A stretch of 64,000 nt of DNA from Chloroflexota bacterium (GTDB taxonomy: Bacteria; Chloroflexota; Dehalococcoidia; Lucifugimonadales; JADFKI01). The DNA is taken from NCBI GenBank assembly GCA_027623195.1, contig JAQBUT010000007.1, forward strand, positions 33,757 to 97,756, read 5' to 3'. Position 1 is the stretch's first letter. Each line of letters begins with the position of its first letter. Shown one piece after another: positions 10,402 through 21,081 of the stretch. The translations under genes and the position numbers were made by a program. The notes below the pieces were generated by a model, which was given only the letters and a program-made list of their open reading frames with translations, had not been told where the DNA came from and made no database searches.

Positions 10402-10450
10402 CCCAAACGATCACGTCTACCCTACGAATTTAGGTAATATAGGAACATAC

Positions 10451-11623
10451 ATGCGGCCAAATGCTACAGACGCAGACGCGATCCTGGAGAACATCAAGGA
10501 AGTCTCCATAAAGTTCGCGCAGGACCAAAAAGAGAGACAGCTAAGGCGTGAACTTCATCAGGAAGACTTCGACCTCCTGAAGGAGGCGGGGTACAACCTC
10601 ATGGCGGTTCCCGTGGAACATGGCGGTGCTTACATCGACACCCGCCAGACCACTCGACCTCTTTCTGAAATGTTGCGCATCCTGGCTCACGGCGATCCCT
10701 CTGTAGCTCTCGTGGCATCAATGCACCCGGCGGTCATCAGCACCTGGCTAGAGGTGCCGGAGGCTCCGGAACCCTACACCAAGGCCTGGGAAGACCAGAG
10801 ACGCTGGGTGTTCGATACTGCCAAAGAGGGACACTGGTGGGGCACGATAATCTCCGAACCAGGCTCCGGCGGTGACCCCTCCAAAAGCAAGGCGAAAGCG
10901 GTAAAAGACTCTAACGGTGATGGCTATCGCATTACCGGCCAGAAGCACTTTGGCAGCGGCTCAGGCATGACGTCTTTTATGATCACGCTGGCTTTGGCCG
11001 AGGGGGAGAATGCCCCCGACAATTTCATATTCGACATGCGTGGAGTGCCTTGGGACGGCTCTACCGGAGCCAAGCTTATAGCTCCGTGGGACGGTCATGG
11101 CATGACGGCTACGCAGAGTCACGGTATGGAGTTCAAGAAAATGCCTGCAACCCGAGCAGCGTGGCCGGACAATCCCGCACGAAATAAGGTCCGCCAGAGC
11201 ACTGGCAGGCCAGGCGGACACACCTTTACCAGCGTCATAGTCGGTGTGATAGAGACGGCTATCGAAACCGCCAGGGCACAGCTTGAAAGCCGACGGGACT
11301 CCATGAAGCCCTTTGAACAGGTGGAGTGGGCCAGGATTGAAATGGAAGGCTGGCTCATTCAGCAAGCGTACGAAGGGGTGCTTCGCGAAGTCGAATCCGG
11401 CGCCGACGCGTCCAGAAGCGCCCTGCTTTGCAAAGAATCGGTGGCCGAGTTGGCGGAGTCGGTAATGCTCAGAATACCCAAGGTATTGGGCGGCAGGGCA
11501 TATTCGCGAAGCCAGCCATACGGCTTCTGGTTGGAAGATGTACGCGCCCTGGGATTCCTGCGGCCGCCGTGGGGGTTCGCCTTCGACAGGATAATAAACG
11601 GCGCGTGGTCATCCCGCCTCTAA
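10451..11623 (+). CDS. acyl-CoA dehydrogenase family protein
   Basis: DPSVALVASMH, SEPGSG, ITGQKHFGSGS, WDGHGMTATQSH; RBS before ATG 10451. Confidence 0.85.
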   Translation: MRPNATDADAILENIKEVSIKFAQDQKERQLRRELHQEDFDLLKEAGYNLMAVPVEHGGAYIDTRQTTRPLSEMLRILAHGDPSVALVASMHPAVISTWLEVPEAPEPYTKAWEDQRRWVFDTAKEGHWWGTIISEPGSGGDPSKSKAKAVKDSNGDGYRITGQKHFGSGSGMTSFMITLALAEGENAPDNFIFDMRGVPWDGSTGAKLIAPWDGHGMTATQSHGMEFKKMPATRAAWPDNPARNKVRQSTGRPGGHTFTSVIVGVIETAIETARAQLESRRDSMKPFEQVEWARIEMEGWLIQQAYEGVLREVESGADASRSALLCKESVAELAESVMLRIPKVLGGRAYSRSQPYGFWLEDVRALGFLRPPWGFAFDRIINGAWSSRL

Positions 11624-11645
11624 TGCACGCGTATCACCTCGCGAT

Positions 11646-12857
11646 ATGAACCTCGTTCTCACTAACGCCAACGTTATTGACGGCGTTAACCCTACCGTCG
11701 TTTCCAAGGCCAGCGTCACTGTCGAGAACGGTCGCATCGTTGAGATTCTGGACGGCACTCGCTCTCCCGACACAAGCAACGCTCGTGTCGTTGACCTCCA
11801 GGGCTCATACCTCTTGCCTGGACTGTGGGATGTACACGTACACCCCGAATACCCAGTGCCACCCGGCACAACCGTCGCTCAGCAGACGGCAGCATTCGGG
11901 GCAGCGTTGTCCGAGGCTTTAACGGAAGGCGGAATCACCGGGGTTCGAAGCGGCGGAGCGGCGCACTTTATGGATGTGGCCTGGCGACGCATCTTCGATT
12001 CCGGCAGATTAGCTGGGCCACGAGTTTTCGCCAGCGGGTACTTTCTCACGACTACTGGCGGCCACTTCCTTACGTCAGGACAGGCCCGAGAGTGCGACGG
12101 CCCCTACGGCTTCGTTCAAGCCATCCGCGAGCAGATTAAGAACGAGGTCAATCACATAAAGCTAAACCTGACGGGCGGTATTATGGGCCCGTTCTGGGAC
12201 AGACACTGGCACTCCTTCTTTCTGAAGGACGAGCTAGAGGCCGCATTTGAACTCTGCCACCAGCGCGAATACAAGGTGATGGCCCACGCCGCCAACCCTG
12301 ACGCTGTGAAACAGGCGCTACGCCTTGGCGCGCACACCGTCGAGCACGGCTACATCATGGACAACGAGTGCATTACGCAGTTTCAGGCGGGGGAAACCTG
12401 GTACGTCCCTACCCTGGCCATTTCCCACCTAACGCCAGAGCAGGCAACCAACCAGTGGGAACGTGATTGGGTCGAGTCCCGCCAGACGCCGCCAGACCTG
12501 TTGGCCCGTGCAGACGAAGCCTCCGACGAGCACCGCAAGTGGTTCCGGGCGGCATTGGACGCTGGTGTGAAGATGGCGCTGGGCTCAGACATTCGGCCTC
12601 TCAAAGAGGCGGCGCTGTTGGAGATGGGCCTTTGGGTTCGTGACGGGGCAACCCCCTGGCAGGCTCTTCAGGCCGCCACGACTAACGCCGCCCAGCTTTG
12701 CGGCGTTGGGGATGACCTCGGCACCATTGAGATCGGCAAGCTGGCGGATATGATTGTGGTGTCTGCGAACCCGCTGGATGACATAGCCAATATTCGCAAG
12801 CTGGAGCTCGTTCTCAAAGAGGGTCGCATCGTTTCGGATAAGCGAAAGCTCTCCTAG
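11646..12857 (+). CDS. amidohydrolase family protein (imidazolonepropionase/prolidase-like)
   Basis: LLPGLWDVHVH, MAHA, TVEHG, GSD, GKLADM. Confidence 0.9.
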   Translation: MNLVLTNANVIDGVNPTVVSKASVTVENGRIVEILDGTRSPDTSNARVVDLQGSYLLPGLWDVHVHPEYPVPPGTTVAQQTAAFGAALSEALTEGGITGVRSGGAAHFMDVAWRRIFDSGRLAGPRVFASGYFLTTTGGHFLTSGQARECDGPYGFVQAIREQIKNEVNHIKLNLTGGIMGPFWDRHWHSFFLKDELEAAFELCHQREYKVMAHAANPDAVKQALRLGAHTVEHGYIMDNECITQFQAGETWYVPTLAISHLTPEQATNQWERDWVESRQTPPDLLARADEASDEHRKWFRAALDAGVKMALGSDIRPLKEAALLEMGLWVRDGATPWQALQAATTNAAQLCGVGDDLGTIEIGKLADMIVVSANPLDDIANIRKLELVLKEGRIVSDKRKLS

Positions 12858-12866
12858 GTCCATCTG

Positions 12867-14288
12867 CTACAACTGGCCACAAAGCCTAAGCAGCGTCCTG
12901 ATCCACGTAGGCAGGCCAACCTCAACCTCCCAACGGGCGTCCTCTGCGATGTTGTTCAGAATCCACATGTAGCTCATGGCCTGGTGAAGCGCCCCCAGGG
13001 GCTTCGCAGCATCGTATGCCTGCACCAACCTGTCCATGGGTTCGTGCTTCGCCCAGGGCTCCAGGTAGGCATCCCTGAGCCGGTCGCCAACCGATTTGTT
13101 ACCCTGAAAATGGTTATCGTCGAAAACGGTGTTGGCCATGGTGGCCATGTCGAAGAACGGGTGCGAAATACAGGCGTCGGTCCAGTCGAAAAAGACGAAA
13201 TCGCCGTCGTCCTTGGCAAGAATATTCCCACCCAGGTCTCCATGAACTAGCGAGTGCGGGATTCTGAAGTCCGCCAGTTGAGCGCACATGAATTTAAGAC
13301 GCATGGACAGGCCCTGTAATGCCTGGACCTCCTCATCGGAAAGGCCTTGCGCCCTGCCTGCCAGCATCCTGGACGAGACGGTGATTAGAGGGTCTATAAG
13401 GTCTACCATGCGCCGAATGGACCTGTCCGGCATACCCATCTGCAACCACAAACCCGTTCTCTCGGCCTGCTCTACCTGCATTATGGCGTGCCTGCGGACC
13501 GCCTCCTCCCACCTTTCGATGTCAGGGACATCCACCAGCAGTTTGCCTCCGAAGTCGGGCATCAAAAGCCAACCTCGATCCTTATCTGAAGCGAGAGGAG
13601 CCGACACCATCGCAGGGTACTCCCTGGCTATGGCATCCATGGCTACACCCTCTTGCGCCATGAAAGGTGGAACCGCTTTAAAGTAGACGTCGCCCGTGGA
13701 GGTTGGGGTGCGAATGATAGACGACAACGCCCAGGACCTGACCTGCCGAGAGGGTCCGGTGCGAACAACGCTTTGGACCGCAAGCGCTTCGTCTATCCAA
13801 ACTATGGCAGGGTCCCACCAACCAGCGGCGTACCAGGCTGCTCCCAGCTCTGGCGACGACGTTACTCCTTCCACCCAGGCGTTTAGGGCCATCCTGTCGT
13901 CCACGTGCGACAACGCAAGGTCAGCCAATTGTTGCGGCTCAGCCCACATCGCGCCCTTTGGTATTTCGTCTCCCAAGCCATGAAGCTCCACGGCATATGC
14001 CCGTATAAAGCCTTTGCTGTCACTGCCCTCACGCTGAAACAAGCACCGAAGCAAGCTCGTCTCTAACCCGAACTGCTCTGCCATGGCCTTGTTTACGGGA
14101 GGCGCCGAGCGTATTCCAGCATCCTGGAAGACGGGCCTGGGAAGATTCCAGCCGTTGTCGTTCGGCAGAAGCAGTGCCTCGTAACGCCGACTGTCGGGGT
14201 GGCCGGTTGCACGAGTAACGACGGCGAGATGCTGAAGGGGCATCTCGCCGTTGGTATTACCAGATGTATGGGAAACAGGAGTCGCCAA
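12867..14288 (-). CDS. aminoglycoside phosphotransferase/choline kinase family protein
   Basis: VYFKA, LVHGDL, FFDWTDA, HPFFD. Confidence 0.8.
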   Translation of the reverse strand: MATPVSHTSGNTNGEMPLQHLAVVTRATGHPDSRRYEALLLPNDNGWNLPRPVFQDAGIRSAPPVNKAMAEQFGLETSLLRCLFQREGSDSKGFIRAYAVELHGLGDEIPKGAMWAEPQQLADLALSHVDDRMALNAWVEGVTSSPELGAAWYAAGWWDPAIVWIDEALAVQSVVRTGPSRQVRSWALSSIIRTPTSTGDVYFKAVPPFMAQEGVAMDAIAREYPAMVSAPLASDKDRGWLLMPDFGGKLLVDVPDIERWEEAVRRHAIMQVEQAERTGLWLQMGMPDRSIRRMVDLIDPLITVSSRMLAGRAQGLSDEEVQALQGLSMRLKFMCAQLADFRIPHSLVHGDLGGNILAKDDGDFVFFDWTDACISHPFFDMATMANTVFDDNHFQGNKSVGDRLRDAYLEPWAKHEPMDRLVQAYDAAKPLGALHQAMSYMWILNNIAEDARWEVEVGLPTWIRTLLRLCGQL

Positions 14289-15938
14289 TTAAGCGAAGCC
14301 GCCCCGGTGGGAAAACTCGGCCTCTTCATTGGTAATGAACTCCAACAGGGCCGCCTGCCCGTTCTCGGTGGCATTTCGCGCCCGCTGAATTGCAGCGGCG
14401 ACGTCGTTAGGGTCCTCAACGCGTTCGGCCCAGCCGCCCATCGCACGACCGAGGTCGGCGTAGTGGCCACCCAGGTCGCGGGTGCCGTAAAGCTCGTGGG
14501 AGGACGCCATGTGGGGAATCTCGATGGCCATGGTGGAGTTGTTGAACACAACGGTCAATATGGGGATGTTGGCACGAACCGCCGTCTCGAAATCCAGGCC
14601 GGCCATTCCAAACGCGGCGTCACCCATAAAGTTCACGACAAACTTACTGGGGTCGGCCAGCTTCGCACCAATATTCAGTCCAAGGCCCGTTCCCAAACCG
14701 TGGGACTTGCCCCAGCCCAGGTAAGTGCGCGGACCGCCCGCCTGATAAAAAGGCATTATCTGGTCGCGGGGGCTGCCGGAATCGTGGGTCACGATGGCTT
14801 CGTTAGGATCGACGGCCTGCATGAACTCCCAAATTACCCTGTACGGCGTCATGGGGGTCTGGTTCGATGTCAGCTTTGGCATCCACTCGTTCAGCCACTC
14901 CTGTCGTATGCTGGCGATCTCACCAGCTACGGTGTTGGTGGTCCTGTGCCTCGTACTCAGAAGGTCCTTGCAGGCATCGATGAACTGACGCAGAACCAGC
15001 TTGGCATCACCAATTATCGGGTAGTCAACGACGTAGTTCTTGTCGATATCAATGGGGTCGTTGGTGGCGTGAATGATCGTCTTCCTGCCTGGAATTGGCA
15101 TGACCATGCCGTGCTTGGTAAGGCTGGTGCCGATTGCCAAAACAACGTCGGATTTCACGACGAACTGGTAGCAGGCGCGATTCATGACGCCGGAGCCGCT
15201 GCCCAAAGACAGGGGGTGCTTCTCTGGAAAGCCGCTCTTACCGGCCATGGTGGTCACTACTGGCACCTGCAGCAGTTCGGCCAGCTCCACAAGATCATCG
15301 GAGGCCTCGGCGTACATAACACCCTGCCCAGCCAGGATGATGGGGTTAGCAGCTTCCAGCAGAGCCTTGGCGGCGTCCATTACGTCCTGAGGGTTGCCCT
15401 CGGCGGCCGTGACCTTAACGGGGGTGTACGAATTTACGACCGAAGCGTCCACCTCAGCGTTGGCAATGTCGGCCGGTATCTCCACCATGACGGGGCCCGG
15501 CCTACCTCGCTTGAGGGCGGCGAATGCGCGTCGCATGGTGTCCACCACGCGGTCCGGGGAATTGAGTTGCTCGATGTACTTGGTGACGTCGGCGTAGCTT
15601 TTCATAGAACTAAAGTGGGGATAGACGTCTTGTCGGTCCATAGGATGACCTAGAGGCAGCAACAGCATGGGCACGCCATCAGAAAAGGCCGTGGCCACGC
15701 CTGCGAAGGCGTTTTCCGCGCCGGGGCCGTACTGCATTGCGAAAACGCCGGGCGGCTTACCGTTCTTCACTCTGGCGTAGCCGTCGCCGATGCCCACGCC
15801 CACACGCTCCTGTCGGCAGATAATGGGGCGTATGCCAATCTCGGCGGCGGCCTCTATGACGGGCGTGGTGGGGAACGCGCTCAGGTATTCGATACCCTCT
15901 TGCTTCATGATTTGGGCGATGGCGTCGATGGTTCTCAT
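14289..15938 (-). CDS. thiamine pyrophosphate-dependent enzyme (acetolactate synthase-like)
   Basis: RQER, GPGAEN, TPP-binding GDAAFGM...NN. Confidence 0.92.
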   Translation of the reverse strand: MRTIDAIAQIMKQEGIEYLSAFPTTPVIEAAAEIGIRPIICRQERVGVGIGDGYARVKNGKPPGVFAMQYGPGAENAFAGVATAFSDGVPMLLLPLGHPMDRQDVYPHFSSMKSYADVTKYIEQLNSPDRVVDTMRRAFAALKRGRPGPVMVEIPADIANAEVDASVVNSYTPVKVTAAEGNPQDVMDAAKALLEAANPIILAGQGVMYAEASDDLVELAELLQVPVVTTMAGKSGFPEKHPLSLGSGSGVMNRACYQFVVKSDVVLAIGTSLTKHGMVMPIPGRKTIIHATNDPIDIDKNYVVDYPIIGDAKLVLRQFIDACKDLLSTRHRTTNTVAGEIASIRQEWLNEWMPKLTSNQTPMTPYRVIWEFMQAVDPNEAIVTHDSGSPRDQIMPFYQAGGPRTYLGWGKSHGLGTGLGLNIGAKLADPSKFVVNFMGDAAFGMAGLDFETAVRANIPILTVVFNNSTMAIEIPHMASSHELYGTRDLGGHYADLGRAMGGWAERVEDPNDVAAAIQRARNATENGQAALLEFITNEEAEFSHRGGFA

Positions 15939-16131
15939 GGGGTGTCCTCCCTGTTGGTGGTTTTTTAGCTATATGACTAGATGAGGGGAATATAGCACAT
16001 GGGCCGGTGGCGGGTCATCAATCTGTGGAAGGCTACCGCACCTGACAAAATCTGCTGAGATGGCATCATTCGAGGTACGTTTTGCTTGGGGCACCCCAGT
16101 AAGACGATTCAAACTGATTCGGAGTTGCAAT

Positions 16132-16786
16132 TTGACGGAAGCATACTGCGCAATTGCGGCACCCAGGTTCTGGAAGGCTCAAGGTTCTGCGCCTCTTGCG
16201 GACAAAACCTGGATGGTTCGGAGAAGACACTTGCGAACATCATTCCGATCGAGCGCGTAATTTTGATGACTGTGCTCTCCGGCGGGTCATATGCCTTCTA
16301 CTGGTACTACATAACCTGGAAGCAATATCGGAATCACAGTGAACAGAGAGCTTTCCCGGTCTGGCATTCGTTAACTTTATTAGTCCCAATTTATGGCCTT
16401 TTTCGGACGCACGCTCACATGAGAACTTATCAAGAGCTCATGGACCGGCGGAACTTGGCGAACACGATCAACCCATCCATAGCGGTTGGTGTTGTGTTCG
16501 CAGTAGGAGTCCTGATTGGCGTCAGCTTTGCATTGTCGCTTTTTATGATCAGCGAAAAATTGGGCGCTATGCTGCTTGTGATCAACGTGATATCTACCGG
16601 GATACTATTATGGCTAGTGTCCACGAATCAGGAAAACCTAAATAGGTATTGGGGGAAAGTTTTTTCCTTTCGACCGCCATCGCCAAGATTGGTGTGGGGG
16701 AACTAATCCTGACTGTGATCGGTATTCTGGGTTGGCTAGATTCCATTGCTACCGCACTCAGCGGTTCGTACAGGGCTTTCTTTTAG
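16132..16786 (+). pseudogene. zinc-ribbon membrane protein with two apparent frameshifts (~16148 and ~16660)
   Basis: GGAG RBS, TTG start gives MTEAYC, then other frame RNCG..FCASCG completes CxxC-CxxC; hydrophobic tail AKIGVGELILTVIGILGW lies after a second shift at a T run. Confidence 0.6.
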
Positions 16787-16791
16787 CAAAT

Positions 16792-17805
16792 CTATTCCGC
16801 CGACACCCTCACCAGCAGCTTCCCAAAATTCTCGCCGCGCATCATGCCTATGAACGCGGCGGGGGCGTTTTCGATGCCTTCTACAACGTCCTCTTTGTAC
16901 TTGATCTTACCTTCGCGAATCCAGGCGGCGAGGCGCCGCCTGGCCTCATCGTGGTGCTGGCTAAACTGAAAGACCAAAAAACCCTCCATGCGGGCCTGGT
17001 GTGTCGTAAGCAGAAGCACGTTACGCGGCCCCATCGCCGGCTCGGCCAGGTTGTACTGCGAAATCTGACCGCAGATAGCAATCCGCGCGAAGTCGGCCAG
17101 GTTCTCCATGACAGCGTCCGTAATATCTCCGCCCACGTTGTCGAAGTAAACGTCGATTCCCAGAGGACATACCGAGGCCAACTCGGCCCGGACGTCTTGT
17201 GTCTTGTAGTTGATGCCCACGTCGAAACCCAGGTCGTTAACGATGTAGTCGATCTTCTCTTGAGTTCCGGCGATGCCTACCACCCGACAGCCCATAATCT
17301 TGGCGATCTGCCCCACTATCTGCCCCACCGCGCCTGACGCTGCCGATACCACAACTGTATCGCCGGGCTTGGGCTCGCAGACGCTCAGCAGGCCAAAGTA
17401 AGCCGTCATGCCGGGCATACCTAAAATCCCCAGCGCCGTCTGGAGAGGCCCCAGGGCGGAGTCCACTCGACGTAGGTTGCGCCCATCGGACGTGGCGTAC
17501 TCTTGCCAGCCTAGCGGCCCTTCCACCAGTTCGCCCACAGCAAACGCCGGAGTCCTCGACACCACCACGCGACCAACGACTCCCCCAACGATAACGTTGC
17601 CCAGTTGCACCGACGGCGCGTAGGACTGTACGTCCCGCATGCGACCGCGCATGTACGGATCCAGCGAAAGCCATATGACTTTTATCAGCACCTCACCTTC
17701 TCGCGGCTGAGGAATATGCTCCTCCACCAACTCAAAGTCCGACATTTCTGGATAGGCTGCCGGGCGAGACTTTAGGGTGATTTTTCGATTGGATTCCTGC
17801 GTCAT
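16792..17805 (-). CDS. NADP-dependent oxidoreductase (CurA/prostaglandin reductase-like MDR)
   Basis: SLDPYMRGRM, GMPGMTAYFGL, SAASGAVG, YFDNVGG, GENFGK. Confidence 0.93.
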   Translation of the reverse strand: MTQESNRKITLKSRPAAYPEMSDFELVEEHIPQPREGEVLIKVIWLSLDPYMRGRMRDVQSYAPSVQLGNVIVGGVVGRVVVSRTPAFAVGELVEGPLGWQEYATSDGRNLRRVDSALGPLQTALGILGMPGMTAYFGLLSVCEPKPGDTVVVSAASGAVGQIVGQIAKIMGCRVVGIAGTQEKIDYIVNDLGFDVGINYKTQDVRAELASVCPLGIDVYFDNVGGDITDAVMENLADFARIAICGQISQYNLAEPAMGPRNVLLLTTHQARMEGFLVFQFSQHHDEARRRLAAWIREGKIKYKEDVVEGIENAPAAFIGMMRGENFGKLLVRVSAE

Positions 17806-17995
17806 TCTTCCCCATTAATTGCTGGCTTTGCGATCATAACCTGGAACATCATAGACCTTGGGCCTCCCCCTGTCGAACGAGTGTTGTCAGGGGAGCATGG
17901 TGGTCGCTTGACTGCGAATACCGCCCACAATACCATGCCGCCATCACCCGTATTGATGCATCGCCAATCACACAATACCTGTAAGGAGAGCCCGC

Positions 17996-20518
17996 ATGCC
18001 CGACTACCAACCACTGGACCTGTCTTCGCTCTGCAACGCCGGCCGGGAGATTCTGGGCAGCCGTGAACGAGCGCCGATAGGACTCCAGATGTTTCACGGC
18101 CTACCATTTCTCGTGGGCCGCGACGGCGCTGAGCCAGACGACCGTAGCTTCCTACTGCTAAACGAGGCCACGGGCGGCATGACGATACCTGTGGCCGACG
18201 TGGCGCACAACGTTATCTTCGCGCACAGGGTGCTGGACACGGAAATACCCGAGGGCGGGCCTGTCGGCAAAGACGTAGCCGAGTATGTAATTCATTACTC
18301 CAATGGGCAGGAGTCCCGAATACCAGTTCGAGAGCGGTTCGAGATAGGCTTAATGCCTGCAGACGAGGATGGCACGCGTGCCAACATCGCACTGAGAAGC
18401 GTGCCCTTCCTGGCTCTGGGCAACGTGAAGGAGGCCTTACCTCAGCGTTACGAAGGGCCGTGGGAGGAGACGGGCCGCCGCCAGACGGAGCTTTCCGCGC
18501 TGGGAGCATCTGAGCACAGTTACTTCCTCTGGGCCTGGGAGAACCCCCGCCCAGCTGACGGGATACAGTCCATAGAAATATTGCCGATGGGGCCGTCGTT
18601 CATGATTGCGGCTGTGACCCTGGGAAAGATCGACGAACGCCCATTCGTCACCCAGGGAAGAAGGGAGGCCCAGGTCACGCTGATCGACCCAGAGCAGGCC
18701 GACCGCCGATTCGACGTAGAGGTCGAGGTGGACCGTGGCCTGGCCACATTTGTGCATGCCCTGCCACACGCCTCGGCAGACGAGTTCGTGGCCGATTCGA
18801 TGAAGGGCTATGGAGAGCCTCTGAATTTGCGTTCCAGCCCTGCCTACGTGGAAATCGCCGCCACGCCTTCGGCAACTGTAACAGTCAACCAGGCAGGGGA
18901 AACCGTTGGCGAGGTGAACTGGAAAGAGGTGGAGAGCCAGGGCTCTGCTTCCACTCCCTCAGTTCGCATCGACCTGCTGGACAGGGGCCGCAACTGGGTC
19001 CACGTCACGGTGTTGGACGACGACACCGGCCAGCCGGTCCCGTGCCGATTGCACTTTCGCTCGCCAGAGGGAATACCCTACCAGCCCCACGGACACCACA
19101 ACCAGGTGAACTCCAACATGGGCACTTGGCACGTCGACGTGGGCGGCGACGTTCGCTTGGGCCAGATAACATATGCCTACATCGACGGCAAATGCCAGGG
19201 CTGGCTGCCTCGCGGAGAGGTCATCGTAGACGTGGCGCGCGGCTTCGAATACGAACCCCTGCGGGAGCGAATCACTATCGAGCCGGGCCAACAAGACCTG
19301 AAGTTACGCCTGAAGCAATGGACAAACATGAACGCCAAACGCTGGTTCAGCGGCGACTCCCACGTGCACTTCCTGTCTACCCAGGGTAGTCACTTCGAGT
19401 CGCAGGGCGAGGACCTTAACGTGGTCAACCTGCTGCAGTCCCAATGGGGCAGCCTTTACACCAACACCGAGGACTTCACGGGCAGGCCCAGCGTATCCGG
19501 CGATGGCAGCAACATCGTGTACACCTCTCAGGAGAACCGGCAGCACTTTCTCGGCCATATGATTCTCTGGGGACTAAAGGAGCCGGTCATGCCGTGGTGC
19601 AGCGACGGCCCCAACGAGGGCGAGCTGGCCGGGATCATGCAAACGACCATGAGCCACTGGGCAGACGCCGCGCATGGCCAGGGGGGTCGCGTTGTCCTTC
19701 CTCACTTCCCACATCCGAATGGCGAGCCCGCAACCTTGATAGCCACAGGCAGGGTGGACGGCGTGGAGATGATCCGTCACGAGCGTTTCAACCACGTCGA
19801 ATACTACCGATACCTGAACTGCGGCTACAGGCTCCCCCTGGTGGGCGGCACTGACAAGATGAGCAACGAAGTGCCGGTGGGTCTCTATCGCACTTACGCA
19901 TACGTTCCTGATGAACAAGAATTCAACTACGAGAACTGGTGCGCGGCGGTGTCCGCAGGCCGCACGTTCCTAAGCGGAGGCCCGCTCTTGGACTTCTCTG
20001 TAGACGGCCACCAGATCGGCGATACAGTCCATATGTCCAGCGCAGGGACAGTGGAGGTGCGGGCCTCTGCGGAGAGCATTCTGCCTATCCATACGCTGCA
20101 GTTGGTTCAAAACGGACGTGTGATTGCTTCCACTGAGGACCTTTCTGGCACGCGCCGACTGGAGCTGCGGGAGTCTGTCCAGATCGAGGCCAATTCTTGG
20201 CTGGCGGTGCGCTGCGGTGGCCCCAACTACATCGACAGCACCCCGCACTACGACGTCTGGAACCGGGGAGTATTCGCCCACACTTCGCCTATATACATGG
20301 CCGTCGGTGGCGACTGGGAGATGTACGATCAGGACGCGGCTCAGTACATGCTTACTATGATAGAGGGAGGCATGTCCTACGTCCGCCAGACCTCGCACCA
20401 GCACGCGCCGGCCTCCGTTACGCACCACCACGGCGAGGACGACCACATGGCCTACCTGCTGCGGCCCTTCCTGGAGGCTCACGAGGCCATGCTGGCCAGA
20501 ATGCACCGGCAGCGCTGA
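17996..20518 (+). CDS. CehA/McbA family (PHP-like) metallohydrolase
   Basis: GDSHVH, GHMILWG, PHFP, GGTDKM, AHTSPIY; AGGAG RBS. Confidence 0.75.
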   Translation: MPDYQPLDLSSLCNAGREILGSRERAPIGLQMFHGLPFLVGRDGAEPDDRSFLLLNEATGGMTIPVADVAHNVIFAHRVLDTEIPEGGPVGKDVAEYVIHYSNGQESRIPVRERFEIGLMPADEDGTRANIALRSVPFLALGNVKEALPQRYEGPWEETGRRQTELSALGASEHSYFLWAWENPRPADGIQSIEILPMGPSFMIAAVTLGKIDERPFVTQGRREAQVTLIDPEQADRRFDVEVEVDRGLATFVHALPHASADEFVADSMKGYGEPLNLRSSPAYVEIAATPSATVTVNQAGETVGEVNWKEVESQGSASTPSVRIDLLDRGRNWVHVTVLDDDTGQPVPCRLHFRSPEGIPYQPHGHHNQVNSNMGTWHVDVGGDVRLGQITYAYIDGKCQGWLPRGEVIVDVARGFEYEPLRERITIEPGQQDLKLRLKQWTNMNAKRWFSGDSHVHFLSTQGSHFESQGEDLNVVNLLQSQWGSLYTNTEDFTGRPSVSGDGSNIVYTSQENRQHFLGHMILWGLKEPVMPWCSDGPNEGELAGIMQTTMSHWADAAHGQGGRVVLPHFPHPNGEPATLIATGRVDGVEMIRHERFNHVEYYRYLNCGYRLPLVGGTDKMSNEVPVGLYRTYAYVPDEQEFNYENWCAAVSAGRTFLSGGPLLDFSVDGHQIGDTVHMSSAGTVEVRASAESILPIHTLQLVQNGRVIASTEDLSGTRRLELRESVQIEANSWLAVRCGGPNYIDSTPHYDVWNRGVFAHTSPIYMAVGGDWEMYDQDAAQYMLTMIEGGMSYVRQTSHQHAPASVTHHHGEDDHMAYLLRPFLEAHEAMLARMHRQR

Positions 20519-20657
20519 TAGAAGTGCCTGACCCAAAATTGCTGACCGGTTGCAATCACACACGAATTACGGCTTTCCGCAAAGTACGACTGTTTCGCTA
20601 TGGTCCTTCGAAGAGATAGTGGCGAACCAGACGTCCTAAGACGACATTTTGCAAAAC

Positions 20658-20692
20658 AAAAAAAGAGAGGCCCGGTGCTCCGGACCTCTCTT
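20658..20692 (-). terminator. intrinsic terminator
   Basis: Minus strand AAGAGAGGTCCGG-loop-CCGGGCCTCTC followed by a T run. Confidence 0.75.
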
Positions 20693-20849
20693 CGCCTTAT
20701 TCAGTTGTCGTACCCTTCGGCCACACACTCCCGGCATTGAATGCCAGATAAGCTCGTCCTACTAATTTATCTTCGGACTGTACAGCTTTAGTTCTCTATT
20801 TAAGTGAGCCTCAGGTGTTGGACTCCCCTGCTGGCTGTGTCCACCTTGC

Positions 20850-20924
20850 TTACCCCTCAAGCTCGCCAGCAGGGGCCATTAAAGGGAACTTCCACGCATG
20901 ATTCATAATGAATACTCGCTCCAA
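20850..20924 (-). CDS. putative 24-aa peptide MERVFIMNHAWKFPLMAPAGELEG
   Basis: AAAGGGGTG RBS-like sequence then TTG, inside a promoter-terminator unit. Confidence 0.3.
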   Translation of the reverse strand: MERVFIMNHAWKFPLMAPAGELEG

Positions 20925-20989
20925 ATGCCACCCCTTTCTGGCCTTTCGCCGATTTCCCTGGGGAAATCTCATTTACTTAGGTCACCTCT

Positions 20990-21018
20990 AATTTACGCCT
21001 GTACACTGGTGGGGTCAA
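20990..21018 (-). promoter_or_regulatory. sigma70-type promoter of orphan transcript
   Basis: Minus strand TTGACC-17 bp-TAAATT. Confidence 0.6.
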
Positions 21019-21081
21019 TTGGGTTGGCGTGAGGAAAATGTGAGGATGGTATGAAAGGCTTCTATCAGTTCGTGAAGGCAT

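Noticed and set aside
9087..10406. Ser/Pro-rich minus-strand ORFs
   Set aside because: Antisense reading of the GGxGxD repeat array
14199..15653. 484-aa plus-strand ORF
   Set aside because: Antisense shadow of the TPP-dependent enzyme; no recognisable motifs
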